A stretch of DNA of 64,000 nucleotides, from contig OY769902.1 of the NCBI GenBank assembly GCA_963669175.1, positions 2,688,001 to 2,752,000 of the forward strand. The letters are read 5' to 3'. Shown piece by piece: positions 53,543 to 64,000 of the stretch. Origin of the DNA: a bacterium (GTDB lineage Bacteria > Electryoneota > Electryoneia > Electryoneales > Electryoneaceae). The notes below the pieces were generated by a model. The model ran no database searches. It was not told the DNA's origin and saw only the letters and a list, made by a program, of their open reading frames with translations. How positions within the stretch are numbered: position 1 is the first letter of the stretch; each line of letters starts with the position of its first letter. The position numbers were made by a program, and so were the translations under genes.

Positions 53543-53834
53543 TGTGTGGTTCAAAGAGGGGAAAGAGTGGAGGCCTGTACGCTTTTAGCAAAGTGCATGG
53601 CCCGATTTGCCGGAAGTGTGACAAAATACTCTTGAAATGATGACAACCTTTATGAGTCGTCGTCCTGTGATGCGAATAATGAGCAAGTCGGGTTTTGGCG
53701 AGCTGGGGTGGCCCGATGCCCAAGTGAGTCATTTTTCGCTCTTGTTGCAGCAGAAATACTCTCACTGTGGCTTTCATTCCATCCGGTACGTATGAGAATA
53801 TCGGGATAACGAATACAACTATAGATGGGATTCA

Positions 53835-54743
53835 ATGTTGATCATCTTGACACACGTGCTTCAGCCTGTTATCAGGTTACTCCTGCTGATCGGAACCATG
53901 CTTCTGACGCCAACCGGGGAGGGAATGCCAGGGAGCGCGGACGGAGGCGGCATTCGTCAACCGCCTGATTTTTGGTATGTCTGGCCGCGAGAAACGACTC
54001 CGTATACTGCCTTGCAACAACGCTTCCCGCCGCCAGCAGGTTTTGAACGTGTCGATGTGGACAGCGGCTCGTTCGGTGCGTGGTTGCGTGGGCTTCCCTT
54101 GAAGGAGCGCGGCGCACGTGTGAAATACTATAACGGTATCTGGAAGCCGTTTCAGCAGCATCATGCGGCGGTAATCGACATTGATTGCGGCAACCGTGAC
54201 CTTCAGCAATGTGCCGATGCCGCCATCCGTCTGCACGCCGAGTATCTCCACGACACCGGGCACGACACAGCCATCCAGTACAACTTCACCAGCGGCGACC
54301 GTTGCGCCTGGAAAGACTGGAAACAGGGCATCCGTCCCCGGGTAAAAGGCAATACGGTTACCTTCGAGAAAACCAGCGCCTCCGATTCCAGCTACGCCGC
54401 TTTCCGTGCCTACCTCAACATGGTCTTCCGTTATGCCGGCACTTTATCGCTGAGCCGTGATCTGGAAACCGTGGATGCCGATGAAGTGCGTCCGGGTGAT
54501 GTTTTCGTCCAGGGCGGATCGCCAGGACACGCTGTGCTGGTGGTGGACGTCGCGGTAAATCTGTCAACAGGCCAAAAAGCAATGCTGCTGGCCCAGGGAT
54601 ACACGCCCGCCCAGGATATCCACGTCCTGAAGAATCATGGCAATCGTTCCCTTAGCCCGTGGTACATCGTCGGGGACGGCCCCGAACTGACTACCCCGGA
54701 ATGGACCTTCTCCTGGCAGGATGCAAAGCGGTTTCCAGGTTGA
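53835..54743 (+). CDS. DUF4846-like protein
   Basis: PPAGFER...SFGAWLR.LPLK, DLQQCADA.IRL.AEY, YAGTLSL, GSPGHAV.VVD, LAQGY.PAQ. Confidence 0.75.
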   Translation: MLIILTHVLQPVIRLLLLIGTMLLTPTGEGMPGSADGGGIRQPPDFWYVWPRETTPYTALQQRFPPPAGFERVDVDSGSFGAWLRGLPLKERGARVKYYNGIWKPFQQHHAAVIDIDCGNRDLQQCADAAIRLHAEYLHDTGHDTAIQYNFTSGDRCAWKDWKQGIRPRVKGNTVTFEKTSASDSSYAAFRAYLNMVFRYAGTLSLSRDLETVDADEVRPGDVFVQGGSPGHAVLVVDVAVNLSTGQKAMLLAQGYTPAQDIHVLKNHGNRSLSPWYIVGDGPELTTPEWTFSWQDAKRFPG

Positions 54744-54819
54744 AATACTTTGTAATAGAGCGAAGTCGACGACTGTTATGTTGGATCAAAGATATTTCTG
54801 GGAAAACGCAATTTGCATA

Positions 54820-55425
54820 TTAGGATTCTTTTCTGTCTCGCTTGGCAATTGCTTCTTTTTTCGATTCTGGTAACTTTGCGTAAAGTGCATCAATTTCTTT
54901 TGGTACAGTAATCATCTGGTGGGCAATTTGGTTGACAAGGCTAAATAGCCCGAGAGCTGTTTCACGATCATCATCCAAGTCTATTACACCAGGATGAACA
55001 GCGTCATTACCTACAACCCGAACAACATCCAATGCTTTCTGGATATTATGGTGAAGACCATCTTGCACTAGGTTGGCAATCATGTCATTCAAGTTCCCTC
55101 GCTGGCCTAAGTAAATACAGAGATGTTGAATTGCTAAGCGTAGCAACGCAGCAGCACCTTTTGGGGACAAACGAACAATATCACGAGCTTCAGAATAGCA
55201 TTGAAGCACTTGATTTGGGAGATCCTTATTCGGCAAGGGTGCAGAACTTTCAGTTGGATATACCATCGTCTTATTTACCCAAAGTGCAAAATCACCACAC
55301 CGTTGACAGCTTGATACCCAATATCTTCCATAATTATTCCAACTTTGATGTGCAAAGGCATTGCAATGTGGACAATTGAAGGCATCAATTCTAAATGCAG
55401 GAAAAACGAATTCTGCCGCTACCAT
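54820..55425 (-). CDS. DUF4145 (HEPN-like) protein with N-terminal Zn ribbon
   Basis: CPHC..CQRC; Y.EA, SP..AAALLR, R.VGN.AVH. Confidence 0.78.
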   Translation of the reverse strand: MVAAEFVFPAFRIDAFNCPHCNAFAHQSWNNYGRYWVSSCQRCGDFALWVNKTMVYPTESSAPLPNKDLPNQVLQCYSEARDIVRLSPKGAAALLRLAIQHLCIYLGQRGNLNDMIANLVQDGLHHNIQKALDVVRVVGNDAVHPGVIDLDDDRETALGLFSLVNQIAHQMITVPKEIDALYAKLPESKKEAIAKRDRKES

Positions 55426-55671
55426 AAATTATCCTTTCTGAGTTTCCTAGTTCATCCCTCCATACCGTATGTCCATCCAACCAGTCCAACCTAGATCGGG
55501 GACGTGGGTAGTCAAGAGCGGTAGAAGGTTTTCTGTATGGGCACCTTGTCACAGTATCCAAGCAGTGATGAAAGCGTTTGAACTCTCAATGGCAAATAAG
55601 ATCTTCATTCCTTAGGATTATTTAAGCTTACCTTCGTTTGTCTACCTCAAGATCATAGTTTTTTTATATAA

Positions 55672-56688
55672 TTACATTGAATCGACGCCTGATGAGGAAC
55701 CTGATCTTGTCAACATCTCTATCACCGATTTTGCCACTGGTGATCCCTGCTCACCTGCCCCCGAAGTGAAGCCAGTAGGCTGAGGTGCATAGATGCAGGA
55801 TGCAGCGTGACTCAATACAATATCCCGATCTGATTGTTTGCCTGCAGCCTCTACCATTGCACGGTGGGTTAGTAATGCATTCTGGCGGTGGCGATTAATA
55901 ACGGCATTGTGGTTATTCGCGAGAAAATTGCGGCCTGCCATGTATAAAAGGTAAAATAGGGTACTAAAAGCAATCAGTTTGCCTGCTGCAAGCTGTATGG
56001 CATCATATAGATTATCTGGACCAGGAATCCAACCGGAAATGAACACAATACTCAATGCGAGCAAAGCCAGAGCAATCCCGATGGTTATGTTTCTCCATCG
56101 TCCTGCTGACTTATCATATTCTTCAGCTGCACCCTTAAAATGCTCTGAAAGTTGAGTCACACCTTGTTCGTGAAGCGCTTTTTTCAGTTCGCTCAGAAGA
56201 TTATTTGCTTCGTCTGATTTTTCAATTAACTGACCAATTATATCATCAGATTTCTTATCTATATTTCCGAGCACAACATCCGCTTTTCTTTCCAATTCTT
56301 GAAAATCTGTTGTAGATGCAGCACTATAAGAAATTAGATCATGTGTAAAATCATAAATATTAATGGCAAAATTAGTTATAGGAGTCATAATATTGGATTT
56401 ATTCTGCGATGGATTGCCTGTTGTAGGATCAAATTTTAATGCAGAATCAATATGAGATACAAGTTCTGTTAAATGTGAATGTAAATTATTAAGTTTCTGG
56501 TTTGATAGATTTTCTACAATACTGATAGGTATTTTCTTAAAACTATTAACTATTATTTGCATAGATGGAAGTGCATCCTCAAATGATAGCACTCCTAATT
56601 CATCTTTACGAACAATAGTGTTTGGATCAAAATTATGAATTCTCTCCAAATTGCTTGTAATACTGTTTATTAGCTGCTTTCTATTCAT
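55672..56688 (-). CDS. AT-rich hypothetical membrane protein (coiled coil + 2 TM)
   Basis: RBS AAGGAGG; helical N-terminus; two hydrophobic segments. Confidence 0.7.
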   Translation of the reverse strand: MNRKQLINSITSNLERIHNFDPNTIVRKDELGVLSFEDALPSMQIIVNSFKKIPISIVENLSNQKLNNLHSHLTELVSHIDSALKFDPTTGNPSQNKSNIMTPITNFAINIYDFTHDLISYSAASTTDFQELERKADVVLGNIDKKSDDIIGQLIEKSDEANNLLSELKKALHEQGVTQLSEHFKGAAEEYDKSAGRWRNITIGIALALLALSIVFISGWIPGPDNLYDAIQLAAGKLIAFSTLFYLLYMAGRNFLANNHNAVINRHRQNALLTHRAMVEAAGKQSDRDIVLSHAASCIYAPQPTGFTSGAGEQGSPVAKSVIEMLTRSGSSSGVDSM

Positions 56689-57137
56689 GCTAGCCTCCTT
56701 TCAAACTGAGATATACTCCTCGCCTGATTCGAATCCTCTTCAGCTCGTTCGCAATTGCTCTGACTTGATCTAAGGCATCTTTAAAGTCATCGAATACTCA
56801 GTCGTACGAACAGGCTATAAATGCTTGATTGAATAGATCAGGCAAAGAGTCGATAGTTGCGCTTCAAACTTCAGTGGCAATGGTATTCCACAGTTCAATT
56901 GGTTAGAAGTTAGGCTGCCGCCAGATTGGTGTCAACAGCTTTAATCACAAATACGTATTTCATTTTGTTGTATGATACCTCTTTCATGTCTACACGTAAC
57001 TACTTTTACATCTGTCTCCGCACCATTCCATGTGTTCATTTTTAAGAGTTGCGGTAGTTATTATGAGAAACTATGACAGACTGTAGTAATTGAGACTTTA
57101 TTCTGATTTGCTTTAAAACAGTAGTCACTCAAATACT

Positions 57138-57212
57138 CGGGACAGACTAGAGGAAAACTAGAGAGGAAAACTGGGGACAGACGGTAGTGGAAAACTGGGG
57201 ACAGACGGTAGT
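57138..57212. repeat. GGAAAACTGGGGACAGACGGTAGT direct repeats
   Basis: Two exact copies (about 57165 and 57189) plus partial copies; related GGGACTG/CTGTCCC at 59178-59210. Confidence 0.75.
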
Positions 57213-57731
57213 TATTGGGTGATTGGGCCAGACTGCTGGACAGTCTGGTTCACACACAGGACAGCACAACCACCCTAGTGCGAGTACGCCGGGCCACGCG
57301 ATCCGGTTTCATCAACAGGCTGATGAAGTGTGCTGCAAGAACAGGTTTCCCAGGACTCGTATTCTTGCCAACAAAGCCCCTGCCCCTAAGAGCCAGTTTC
57401 TCTTGCAATTCGCTGCTAAAGCGTCTAAGTTTGAAAATCCATTGCGAGAGAGGCGAGAGAGGCGTTTGATGTTTACTTACGTTACCCACATTCCCACAAC
57501 CCTGACCTGCTGACCCACGGCAGACGGCCGCACGCCTGTCACCGTGGCGGCCGAACACTCGCAAGGGATTCCCAAGAAGTTTTCGATTTCATTTCTACCT
57601 TTTACCCCGTGTTCATGTCCGCCGGAACAGACGTCGGTATTCTCCGTCGGTCAGAATGGTGCGAGTGAGTTTTTTTTGAAAGGAGTTGGTACCACGTGAC
57701 GTAAACCAGCGTCACAACGAGTGAGAGAACA

Positions 57732-59090
57732 ATGAGTACGAACACGGTGAGATTGCTACCTAAACGAGAATTGTCACGAGAAGTCTGGAAACTTTCCGGA
57801 CCGGTTGTGATCGGAATGATCAGCCAGACGCTGATGAATACGGTTGATACGGCCATGGTGGGCCGTCTCGGCGCTGCCCAGCTTGCAGCGACCGGGATGG
57901 GCGGGATCATGTGCTGGACCTTCATCGCCGGATTGGGCGCCCTGCACGTCGGCGTTCAGGCGATTGCGGCACGGCGTTTTGGCGAAAAGAAAATGCACGA
58001 AGCAGGCAAAGTGCTGGATAATGCGATCCTGCTGGCTGTCCTGCTTGGTTTCGGAGGAGCTGCGATTGTCATCCCGCTCCTGCATTTCCTGATGCCGTTC
58101 CTGGTAAACGATCAGGTCGTCGCAGGCTACACATCCGATTACATCGATTACCGTCTGATGGGACTGGTTTCCGTACTGCTGATCCGTGCCTTCATGGGCT
58201 TTTTCGATGGAGTCGGTCAGACCAATATGCACATGCGGGTAGCTATCCTGGCTAATGCGCTGAACCTGTTCTTCAACTGGATATTCATCTACGGCAACCT
58301 TGGGATGCCACGGATGGAAACCGGCGGTGCGGGAATCGCGTCCACGCTTGGGTCTACGTTTGGGGCGCTGTATTTCTTCCTGATGGCGTTGAAGAAGGAG
58401 CGGCGTGAACCCTTGCAGTATTTCCAGCCCGGAAACCTGAGCGGGTATGTCCGCAAACGGATCCTCCGGCTTGCTATCCCCTCAAGCATTCACGCGTTTC
58501 TCGTGATGCTCGGGTTCAGTGTATTCGTCACGCTGATGGCGCAACTGGGCACGATTGAAATGGCGGCGACAAACGTGGCGCATACCATTTCCTCATTGTC
58601 ATGGTTGCCCGGCGCGGGGATTGGGATTGGTGTCGCCACGCTCATCGGCCAGAAACTGGGCGAGAAGAATGCGCGGATGGCTGAAGAATATGGCTGGGAA
58701 GCGGTTCGCCTGGGCGTACTGATCATGGGAACCATGGGCGCGATTTATGTGATCTTCGCGCGGCCGGTCCTGGGATTGTTCTCCGATGACAGCATGGTTA
58801 TTGAGGCTGCTATTGTACCGTTACGGATTATCGGGATGTTGCAGATGTTCGATGCTGTCGGGATGGTGTTGAGCTTCGCGTTGGACGGCGCCGGCATGAA
58901 CAAATGGATCATGTGGACAGAAATTTCCATAAACTGGCTCCTGTTCCTGCCCTTGACCTGGGTACTCTCGTTCGTCTTTCCCTTCGGGGTCAATGGCGGA
59001 TTCGTGGCGATGGGATTGTATATCCTCGCCTTCGCCTTTATGTGCTTCCTGAAGTTCAAAGGGGGGAGCTGGAAACTGGCTGAAGTGTAA
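57732..59090 (+). CDS. MATE family efflux transporter
   Basis: P......VDT.MVG.LG...LA repeat pattern, about 12 TM, G.G.T, LAIP. Confidence 0.92.
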   Translation: MSTNTVRLLPKRELSREVWKLSGPVVIGMISQTLMNTVDTAMVGRLGAAQLAATGMGGIMCWTFIAGLGALHVGVQAIAARRFGEKKMHEAGKVLDNAILLAVLLGFGGAAIVIPLLHFLMPFLVNDQVVAGYTSDYIDYRLMGLVSVLLIRAFMGFFDGVGQTNMHMRVAILANALNLFFNWIFIYGNLGMPRMETGGAGIASTLGSTFGALYFFLMALKKERREPLQYFQPGNLSGYVRKRILRLAIPSSIHAFLVMLGFSVFVTLMAQLGTIEMAATNVAHTISSLSWLPGAGIGIGVATLIGQKLGEKNARMAEEYGWEAVRLGVLIMGTMGAIYVIFARPVLGLFSDDSMVIEAAIVPLRIIGMLQMFDAVGMVLSFALDGAGMNKWIMWTEISINWLLFLPLTWVLSFVFPFGVNGGFVAMGLYILAFAFMCFLKFKGGSWKLAEV

Positions 59091-59220
59091 ACGCTTGTGG
59101 ATTGCAGAATACTGGTTGAACAATTGATGAGGGATTGGCTGAAAGGTCAATCCCTTGCTTATGTTATGGAAAAACAAGGGACTGCCCCGTAGTGGTCTGT
59201 CCCTGTTTTTCAGGCTTGAC

Positions 59221-59350
59221 AGAGGATGACAGGATAGTAAGATGTCAAGGATAAAGACTCGATTGAATGTACAGGATGGTTAAGGATGGGAAGCTCACTT
59301 GAATGTACAGGATAGCAAGGATGGTAAAGATAGTAAGGATATAAAGATGA
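59221..59350. repeat. AGGAT tracts (ATCCT family, inverted)
   Basis: Three blocks; TTGAATGTACAGGAT is repeated. Confidence 0.7.
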
Positions 59351-59480
59351 AAATTATTGTACAGTCCGAAAGTCTTTACCGTTTCAGGTTAGCGGCAGCT
59401 TCTTTCTGGCACTGAACATCTTTCTTGTATAAGGGCCGGTTCTCCCCGATTGCACTCTTTTGAAAATATATTTACTTGTG

Positions 59481-60091
59481 TTAGCAGGCTTTAGCCTGCT
59501 CCTCTTAGCCCCCGGCTTTAGCCCTGTCTCTTGCTCACATCTTCGTGTTTCTGCCACCCCAGAGGGGGTGGTATATTTTAGCGTAGGGTTGACGCTGTCT
59601 GTTTAGCGTCTACCCTACGAAAAAGATCAAACCTTATCTCAACCCTGGAAGGGTTGCATAACGTATAATTTACACCCAATTGGTTTGTATAGAATATAAA
59701 ATGCGTTATTTCCTGTATTTATTGAACGTACTAATATGAATCGCGTATTATGCAACCCTTCCAGGGTTGATTATTCGTTAGAATACCTGACATAGTGTAC
59801 AGGCCAAACAGACGGCCTGTACACTATGCTAAAATAGGGAATCCCGCCGGGATTCTAAAAATGCTATGTCCACAACTCTTTTACTGATACAGCTTTCAGA
59901 AGATGTGGGTAAGAGACAGGGCTTTAGCCGGGGGAACAAGGACAACAACGGTTCGAGCGCCCTTCAGGGTGCTTTCTTGATTCGTATTGATTCTATAACG
60001 CAAAAGCACGCTAAAGCGCGCTCATAGCTTTTGTTATATCCATCCACCCGGCTAAAGCCGGGTGCTAAGAGGAGCCTGCTGAAGCAGGCTA
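59481..60091. repeat. REPIN-like inverted pair of GGCTTTAGCC palindromes (left arm interrupted by a MITE)
   Basis: Left ...GCTCCTCTTAGCCCCCGGCTTTAGCC|GGGGG; right reverse complement ...GCTCCTCTTAGCACCCGGCTTTAGCCGGGTG. Confidence 0.75.
59524..59919. mobile_element. MITE with IS50/Tn5-like ends (IS4 family), 10-bp target site duplication
   Basis: TIRs CTGTCTCTTGCTCACATCTTC / CTGTCTCTTACCCACATCTTC (19/21); GGCTTTAGCC at 59514-59523 and 59920-59929. Confidence 0.85.
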
Positions 60092-60261
60092 GATACTGTC
60101 GAATCAGCAACAACTTTTGGGAATCCCTATAGTTCCCGAAAATCTTTACCGTTTCAGGTTGGCAGCAGTCTCTTTCAGCCTGCCTATGCGTCTTTTCTTT
60201 GCGCCTTTGTTGCCTGCTCACGAATTGTGTTGTCGGGGGGCTTTGCGTGAAATAATCAGGT

Positions 60262-60510
60262 TCAGATATACTGCATGAGTTGAATGGTCGTCTGCGCCTG
60301 GTTGTTCTGGGCGAAATGGGACGCAACCTGGTTAAAGAACTGGCCGACATGGACCAGAACATCCAGTAGGGTCAGATCATAATAGATGAACACGAATACC
60401 ATCAACCAGAATGAAATCGCCAGTGTCATCCCGGTCACGCCAAGCAGGGACACACGTCTTCCGGATCCTTGTTCGTCTTCCTGTGGTCTTCTGTTTGTTT
60501 TCAGATTCAT
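60262..60510 (-). CDS. Small single-TM hypothetical protein
   Basis: RBS GGGAGG before the ATG; one long hydrophobic segment. Confidence 0.55.
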   Translation of the reverse strand: MNLKTNRRPQEDEQGSGRRVSLLGVTGMTLAISFWLMVFVFIYYDLTLLDVLVHVGQFFNQVASHFAQNNQAQTTIQLMQYI

Positions 60511-60749
60511 GGTTGCCTCCCAACACCTAATAAAAGAGAAAGCACATAGTGTGCCAGAGTGAGAAATTTGTGTAAATGCAGTAAGAGAAGCAAGAAAGGG
60601 GTGGTGGTGTGCGGTGCGGCTGTTCGCCTTCGAACGTCAGGTGTACGAAATCGGACATGAGAATCATCGTACTCAAGCATCTCTGGCAAAGAAGAACCAA
60701 TTCTGCTATATCAAGTTTTAATCTCAAAGAGGGGAAGCCTAAACTAGCC

Positions 60750-60806
60750 TTGACTTTCAGTGTTAGAAAACCCTAACTTTACTCCTGAAATTTTGATCAA
60801 TTCAGT
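60750..60806 (+). promoter_or_regulatory. Candidate sigma70 promoter and operator-like imperfect palindrome for the metal ABC operon
   Basis: TTGACT-18bp-TAACTT, then CTGAAATTTTGATCAATTCAG near the predicted +1. Confidence 0.4.
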
Positions 60807-60892
60807 CTTTTTCATGTTTCAGAATTCTGTATCGCCTACATTCAGGCACATGACGAGGCTGACAAATTCAGGCAGAAATCGGAGATTTACTC

Positions 60893-61840
60893 ATGTCTAA
60901 AAAGATACTGCTGTTCATATCCCTCGTTGCCAGCATCATTTTCGCGATATCATGCACCGGGGCAGGCAAAGGTGATATTGCATTGAGAAAAGTGCAGGTG
61001 GTGGCGACTACCGGCATGATCGGGGACGCCGCAATCAACATAGGTGGGGAACGTGCAGATGTTACCGTTCTCATGGGGCCGGGAGTTGATCCTCATTTGT
61101 ACAAGGCCACGGCTGGTGATGTCAGTCGCCTGTCTTCTGCTGATTTAATCCTGTATAACGGGCTTCATCTGGAAGGCAAAATGACCGAAGTCTTCGAAAA
61201 GATGGAGGAGCAGGTCACCACTGTCCCGGTGGGCGAGAACATCCCGGATGACAGGTTATTAACCCCGGCAGCGTTTGAAGGTTTTCACGATCCTCATGTC
61301 TGGTTTGATGTGGAGATGTGGAAATTTGCCGCTGAAGCGGTCCGTGACGGGTACAAGCAGGTAGACCCGACCCATGCGGAAATCTACGACCGTAACGCGG
61401 AAGAATACCTCGCCGGTTTAGATGCGTTGAATACCTATGTCCGTGAACAAGCTGAAAGTATTCCGCAGGATAAACGTGTTCTGATCACCGCGCATGATGC
61501 TTTCAACTACTTCGGTCGTGCATACGGTTTTGAAGTACGCGGATTGCAGGGTATCAGCACTGCCACCGAAGCGGGAACCGGGGATGTGCAGCAGTTATCA
61601 CAGTTCATTGCAGACCGTAAAATCCCTGCAATTTTTGTGGAATCATCTATTCCTGTCCGTAATGTGGAAGCGGTGCGGGAGGCAGTGAAAGCCAGGGGAT
61701 TCGGTGTTCAAATCGGTGGGGAATTATTCAGTGATGCCATGGGAGATGCGGGCACGGAAGAAGGAACCTATATCGGCATGGTGCATCATAACATCGATAC
61801 CATCGTACACGCCTTTAACAACAAAACGATTGTGGAATAG
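60893..61840 (+). CDS. Mn/Zn/Fe ABC transporter substrate-binding lipoprotein (TroA/MntA-like)
   Basis: [40 protein letters not shown]. Confidence 0.93.
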   Translation: MSKKILLFISLVASIIFAISCTGAGKGDIALRKVQVVATTGMIGDAAINIGGERADVTVLMGPGVDPHLYKATAGDVSRLSSADLILYNGLHLEGKMTEVFEKMEEQVTTVPVGENIPDDRLLTPAAFEGFHDPHVWFDVEMWKFAAEAVRDGYKQVDPTHAEIYDRNAEEYLAGLDALNTYVREQAESIPQDKRVLITAHDAFNYFGRAYGFEVRGLQGISTATEAGTGDVQQLSQFIADRKIPAIFVESSIPVRNVEAVREAVKARGFGVQIGGELFSDAMGDAGTEEGTYIGMVHHNIDTIVHAFNNKTIVE

Positions 61841-61842
61841 AT

Positions 61843-62676
61843 ATGGAATCGCATGCTAACACAAGTATCTCGGGGAATGTGCCGGCAGTCGAGGTCAACG
61901 ACCTGACAGTTGCTTATCACGAAAAGCCGGTATTGTGGGATATTGATTTGGTTGTGCCGCAGGGTGTCTTGATGGCGGTAGTCGGACCAAACGGAGCCGG
62001 TAAGACGACCATGATGAAGTCAATTCTCGGCCTCATCAAAGCTGCTGCGGGTGATGTACGTATTCTTGGCGAACCTTACGACCAGGTGCGTCGCCGGGTT
62101 GGTTATGTACCGCAACGTGGTAGCGTGGACTGGGATTTCCCCACGACTGTGCTAGATGTGGTCATGATGGGATCGTATGGCAGCCTGGGTTGGTTCAAAC
62201 GTCCGGGACGTCAGCAGCGTGAAAAGGCGTCGGCGGCGTTGGAACGTGTCGGTATGGAGAAATTCGCCCATCGTCAGATCAGCCAGTTGTCCGGCGGACA
62301 GCAGCAGCGAGTGTTCCTTGCACGTGCTTTGCTGCAGGAAGCGGAAGTTTATTTCATGGATGAGCCATTCCAGGGAGTCGATGCCACTACGGAACGCGCA
62401 ATTATCGCCATCTTGAAAGATCTCAGGAAGGCGAATAAAACCGTTATCGTAGTTCATCATGATCTTCAAACAGTGCCGGAGTATTTTGACTGGGTGACGC
62501 TTTTGAATGTTCGCCGGATTGCAAGCGGTCCGGTTGAAGAAGTGTTTACCGATGAGAATCTGCGGGCTGCATTCGGCGGCAAGGTCGGGTTCCTGACCAA
62601 GCACGGGCACGATGAGCACCATGATGCGTCACATCCGGTGTCCCCGGAAGCCAATGTCCCGGAGGCAGGATCATGA
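61843..62676 (+). CDS. Metal ABC transporter ATPase (TroB-like)
   Basis: [38 protein letters not shown]. Confidence 0.94.
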   Translation: MESHANTSISGNVPAVEVNDLTVAYHEKPVLWDIDLVVPQGVLMAVVGPNGAGKTTMMKSILGLIKAAAGDVRILGEPYDQVRRRVGYVPQRGSVDWDFPTTVLDVVMMGSYGSLGWFKRPGRQQREKASAALERVGMEKFAHRQISQLSGGQQQRVFLARALLQEAEVYFMDEPFQGVDATTERAIIAILKDLRKANKTVIVVHHDLQTVPEYFDWVTLLNVRRIASGPVEEVFTDENLRAAFGGKVGFLTKHGHDEHHDASHPVSPEANVPEAGS

Positions 62677-63788
62677 ACCCCCTGGATATTTTCACCGATT
62701 ACACGCTGAGGACGGTATCGCTTGGCGCGGCATTGCTGGGGATTGTCAGTGGAGGCCTGGGCAGTTTTGCCCTGCTTCGCAAGCAGAGCCTGATGGGGGA
62801 TGCCATGAGCCATGCAGCTTTGCCTGGAATCGCACTGGCGTTTCTCTTCACAGGCAGCAAAGCGCCATTGGTGCTGTTGTTGGGAGCAGCGATAGCTGGA
62901 TGGTTGGGCACCTGGTTTGTCATGCAGGTTATTCGCAAGACACGTGTCAGCCAGGACAGCGCCATGGGGATTGTACTGAGTGTCTTTTTCGGGCTTGGGC
63001 TGGTTCTGTTGACCTTTATTCAGAAATTACCTACCGCGTCCCAGGCCGGGCTGGACAAGTTCCTGTTCGGTCAGGCGGCCACGTTAATGGAGAAAGATGT
63101 CATCACAATGGCGGTCCTGGGACTTCCTGCATTGTTGCTTATGGGCGTGTTCTGGAAAGAGCTGAAATTGCTGAGTTTTGACCGTGAATACGGCGACACG
63201 CTTGGTTTCGCCATGCAGAAGATGGACTTGCTGCTGACGGCGATGCTTGTTGTGGCAATTGTTATCGGGCTTCAGACGGTTGGTGTTGTGCTGATGAGCG
63301 CGATGGTGGTTGCACCGGCTGCTGCCGCGCGTCAATGGACAGACCGGATGGGGGGGATGGTTGTACTGGCCAGCCTGTTTGGCGCGATCAGTGGCGTGAG
63401 CGGGGCTGTGTTGTCTGCAACGATGGAGAATCTCCCGACCGGGCCAACGATTGTGGTTGTTCTGAGTGTTGTTGTATTTGGCTCCATGATATTCGCTCCC
63501 CGGCGCGGGCTGCTTTTTAACTACGTGCGATCACGGCGTAACAGTCAGAGGCTTCAAGTGCGAGCTGTGCTGGAAGACTTGTATATGCTGAGTCTACAGC
63601 ATGCGGGGGAAAAACGTCCTCACCCGGTGCAGACTCTGCGGGCGATGAGTTGGGGGCATGGTGGGGTGGAGCGTTCGCTAAGGGAACTGGAAGAACGAAA
63701 ATGGGTGACGCAGCTTCCCGGCGGGTGGGTACTGACTACTGCCGGTGAGCTTCAGGCGCAGCAGCATGCCGGGGAGGAAAAATCATGA
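62673..63788 (+). CDS. Metal ABC transporter permease (TroC-like) with C-terminal wHTH-like extension
   Basis: [34 protein letters not shown]. Confidence 0.92.
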   Translation: MNPLDIFTDYTLRTVSLGAALLGIVSGGLGSFALLRKQSLMGDAMSHAALPGIALAFLFTGSKAPLVLLLGAAIAGWLGTWFVMQVIRKTRVSQDSAMGIVLSVFFGLGLVLLTFIQKLPTASQAGLDKFLFGQAATLMEKDVITMAVLGLPALLLMGVFWKELKLLSFDREYGDTLGFAMQKMDLLLTAMLVVAIVIGLQTVGVVLMSAMVVAPAAAARQWTDRMGGMVVLASLFGAISGVSGAVLSATMENLPTGPTIVVVLSVVVFGSMIFAPRRGLLFNYVRSRRNSQRLQVRAVLEDLYMLSLQHAGEKRPHPVQTLRAMSWGHGGVERSLRELEERKWVTQLPGGWVLTTAGELQAQQHAGEEKS

Positions 63789-64000
63789 CTCCTCAGCAGT
63801 TTGATATTCAGCTGATTGCCTCGTTATCCGCTGTGGCTTGTGCGTTGCCCGGAGTATTCCTGGTGTTGCGTCGCATGGCCATGATGAGTGATGCGATCAG
63901 TCACGCTATCCTTGTAGGTATTGTTCTGGCTTTCTTTGCCGTGAAGGATTTATCCTCGCCGATCCTGCTTATCGCTGCTGCAGCAACGGGCGTTTTAACA
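63785..64000 (+). CDS. Second metal ABC permease (TroD-like), partial
   Basis: ATGA overlap with the previous stop; [12 protein letters not shown]...CALPGVFLVLRRMAMMSDAISHAIL; runs off the window. Confidence 0.88.
   Translation, partial: MTPQQFDIQLIASLSAVACALPGVFLVLRRMAMMSDAISHAILVGIVLAFFAVKDLSSPILLIAAAATGVLT

Noticed and set aside
59524-59919. Nextera/Tn5 adapter contamination
   Set aside because: The ends differ from the mosaic end at 2-3 positions, form a proper inverted pair and have a 10-bp target duplication that restores a palindrome. Raw reads would confirm.

Overview
Bacterial chromosomal window, about 50-55% GC by eye, probably from an FCB-superphylum lineage. That placement is inferred from a PNPFN-type C-terminal sorting domain, the efp-accB-accC-gcvH block and a peptidase/PD40/Omp85 protein. 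Most genes are housekeeping: recG (partial), valS, parA-parB, a glnD-like gene, ligA, efp, accB, accC, gcvH, gcvPA, mutS, gyrA, rex, citrate synthase, recR, a MATE pump and a tro/mnt metal ABC operon. No rRNA, tRNA or CRISPR-Cas was found. The unusual content is intergenic. (1) A stand-alone GIY-YIG nuclease gene (29995-30276) lies between mirror-image arrays of TGTCATCC-tagged palindromes that decay outward into 18-22 bp stubs, like a RAYT/REP locus but with a GIY-YIG enzyme. (2) A family of 9-bp-period ATCCT tracts occurs at 7 places and brackets an AT-rich orphan ORF in inverted orientation. (3) A 396-bp MITE with IS50/Tn5-like ends and a 10-bp target duplication is inserted in a REP-like palindrome and carries a multi-hairpin element also found at 50.7 kb. 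(4) There is a second TIR-bounded MITE and several other REP families. Also notable are two adjacent Omp85-family genes followed by two repeat lipoproteins, a CitD-CitE fusion, a eukaryote-type citrate synthase, candidate Rex boxes and a small AT-rich DUF4145/HEPN island. All calls were made by eye from motifs; no searches were run.
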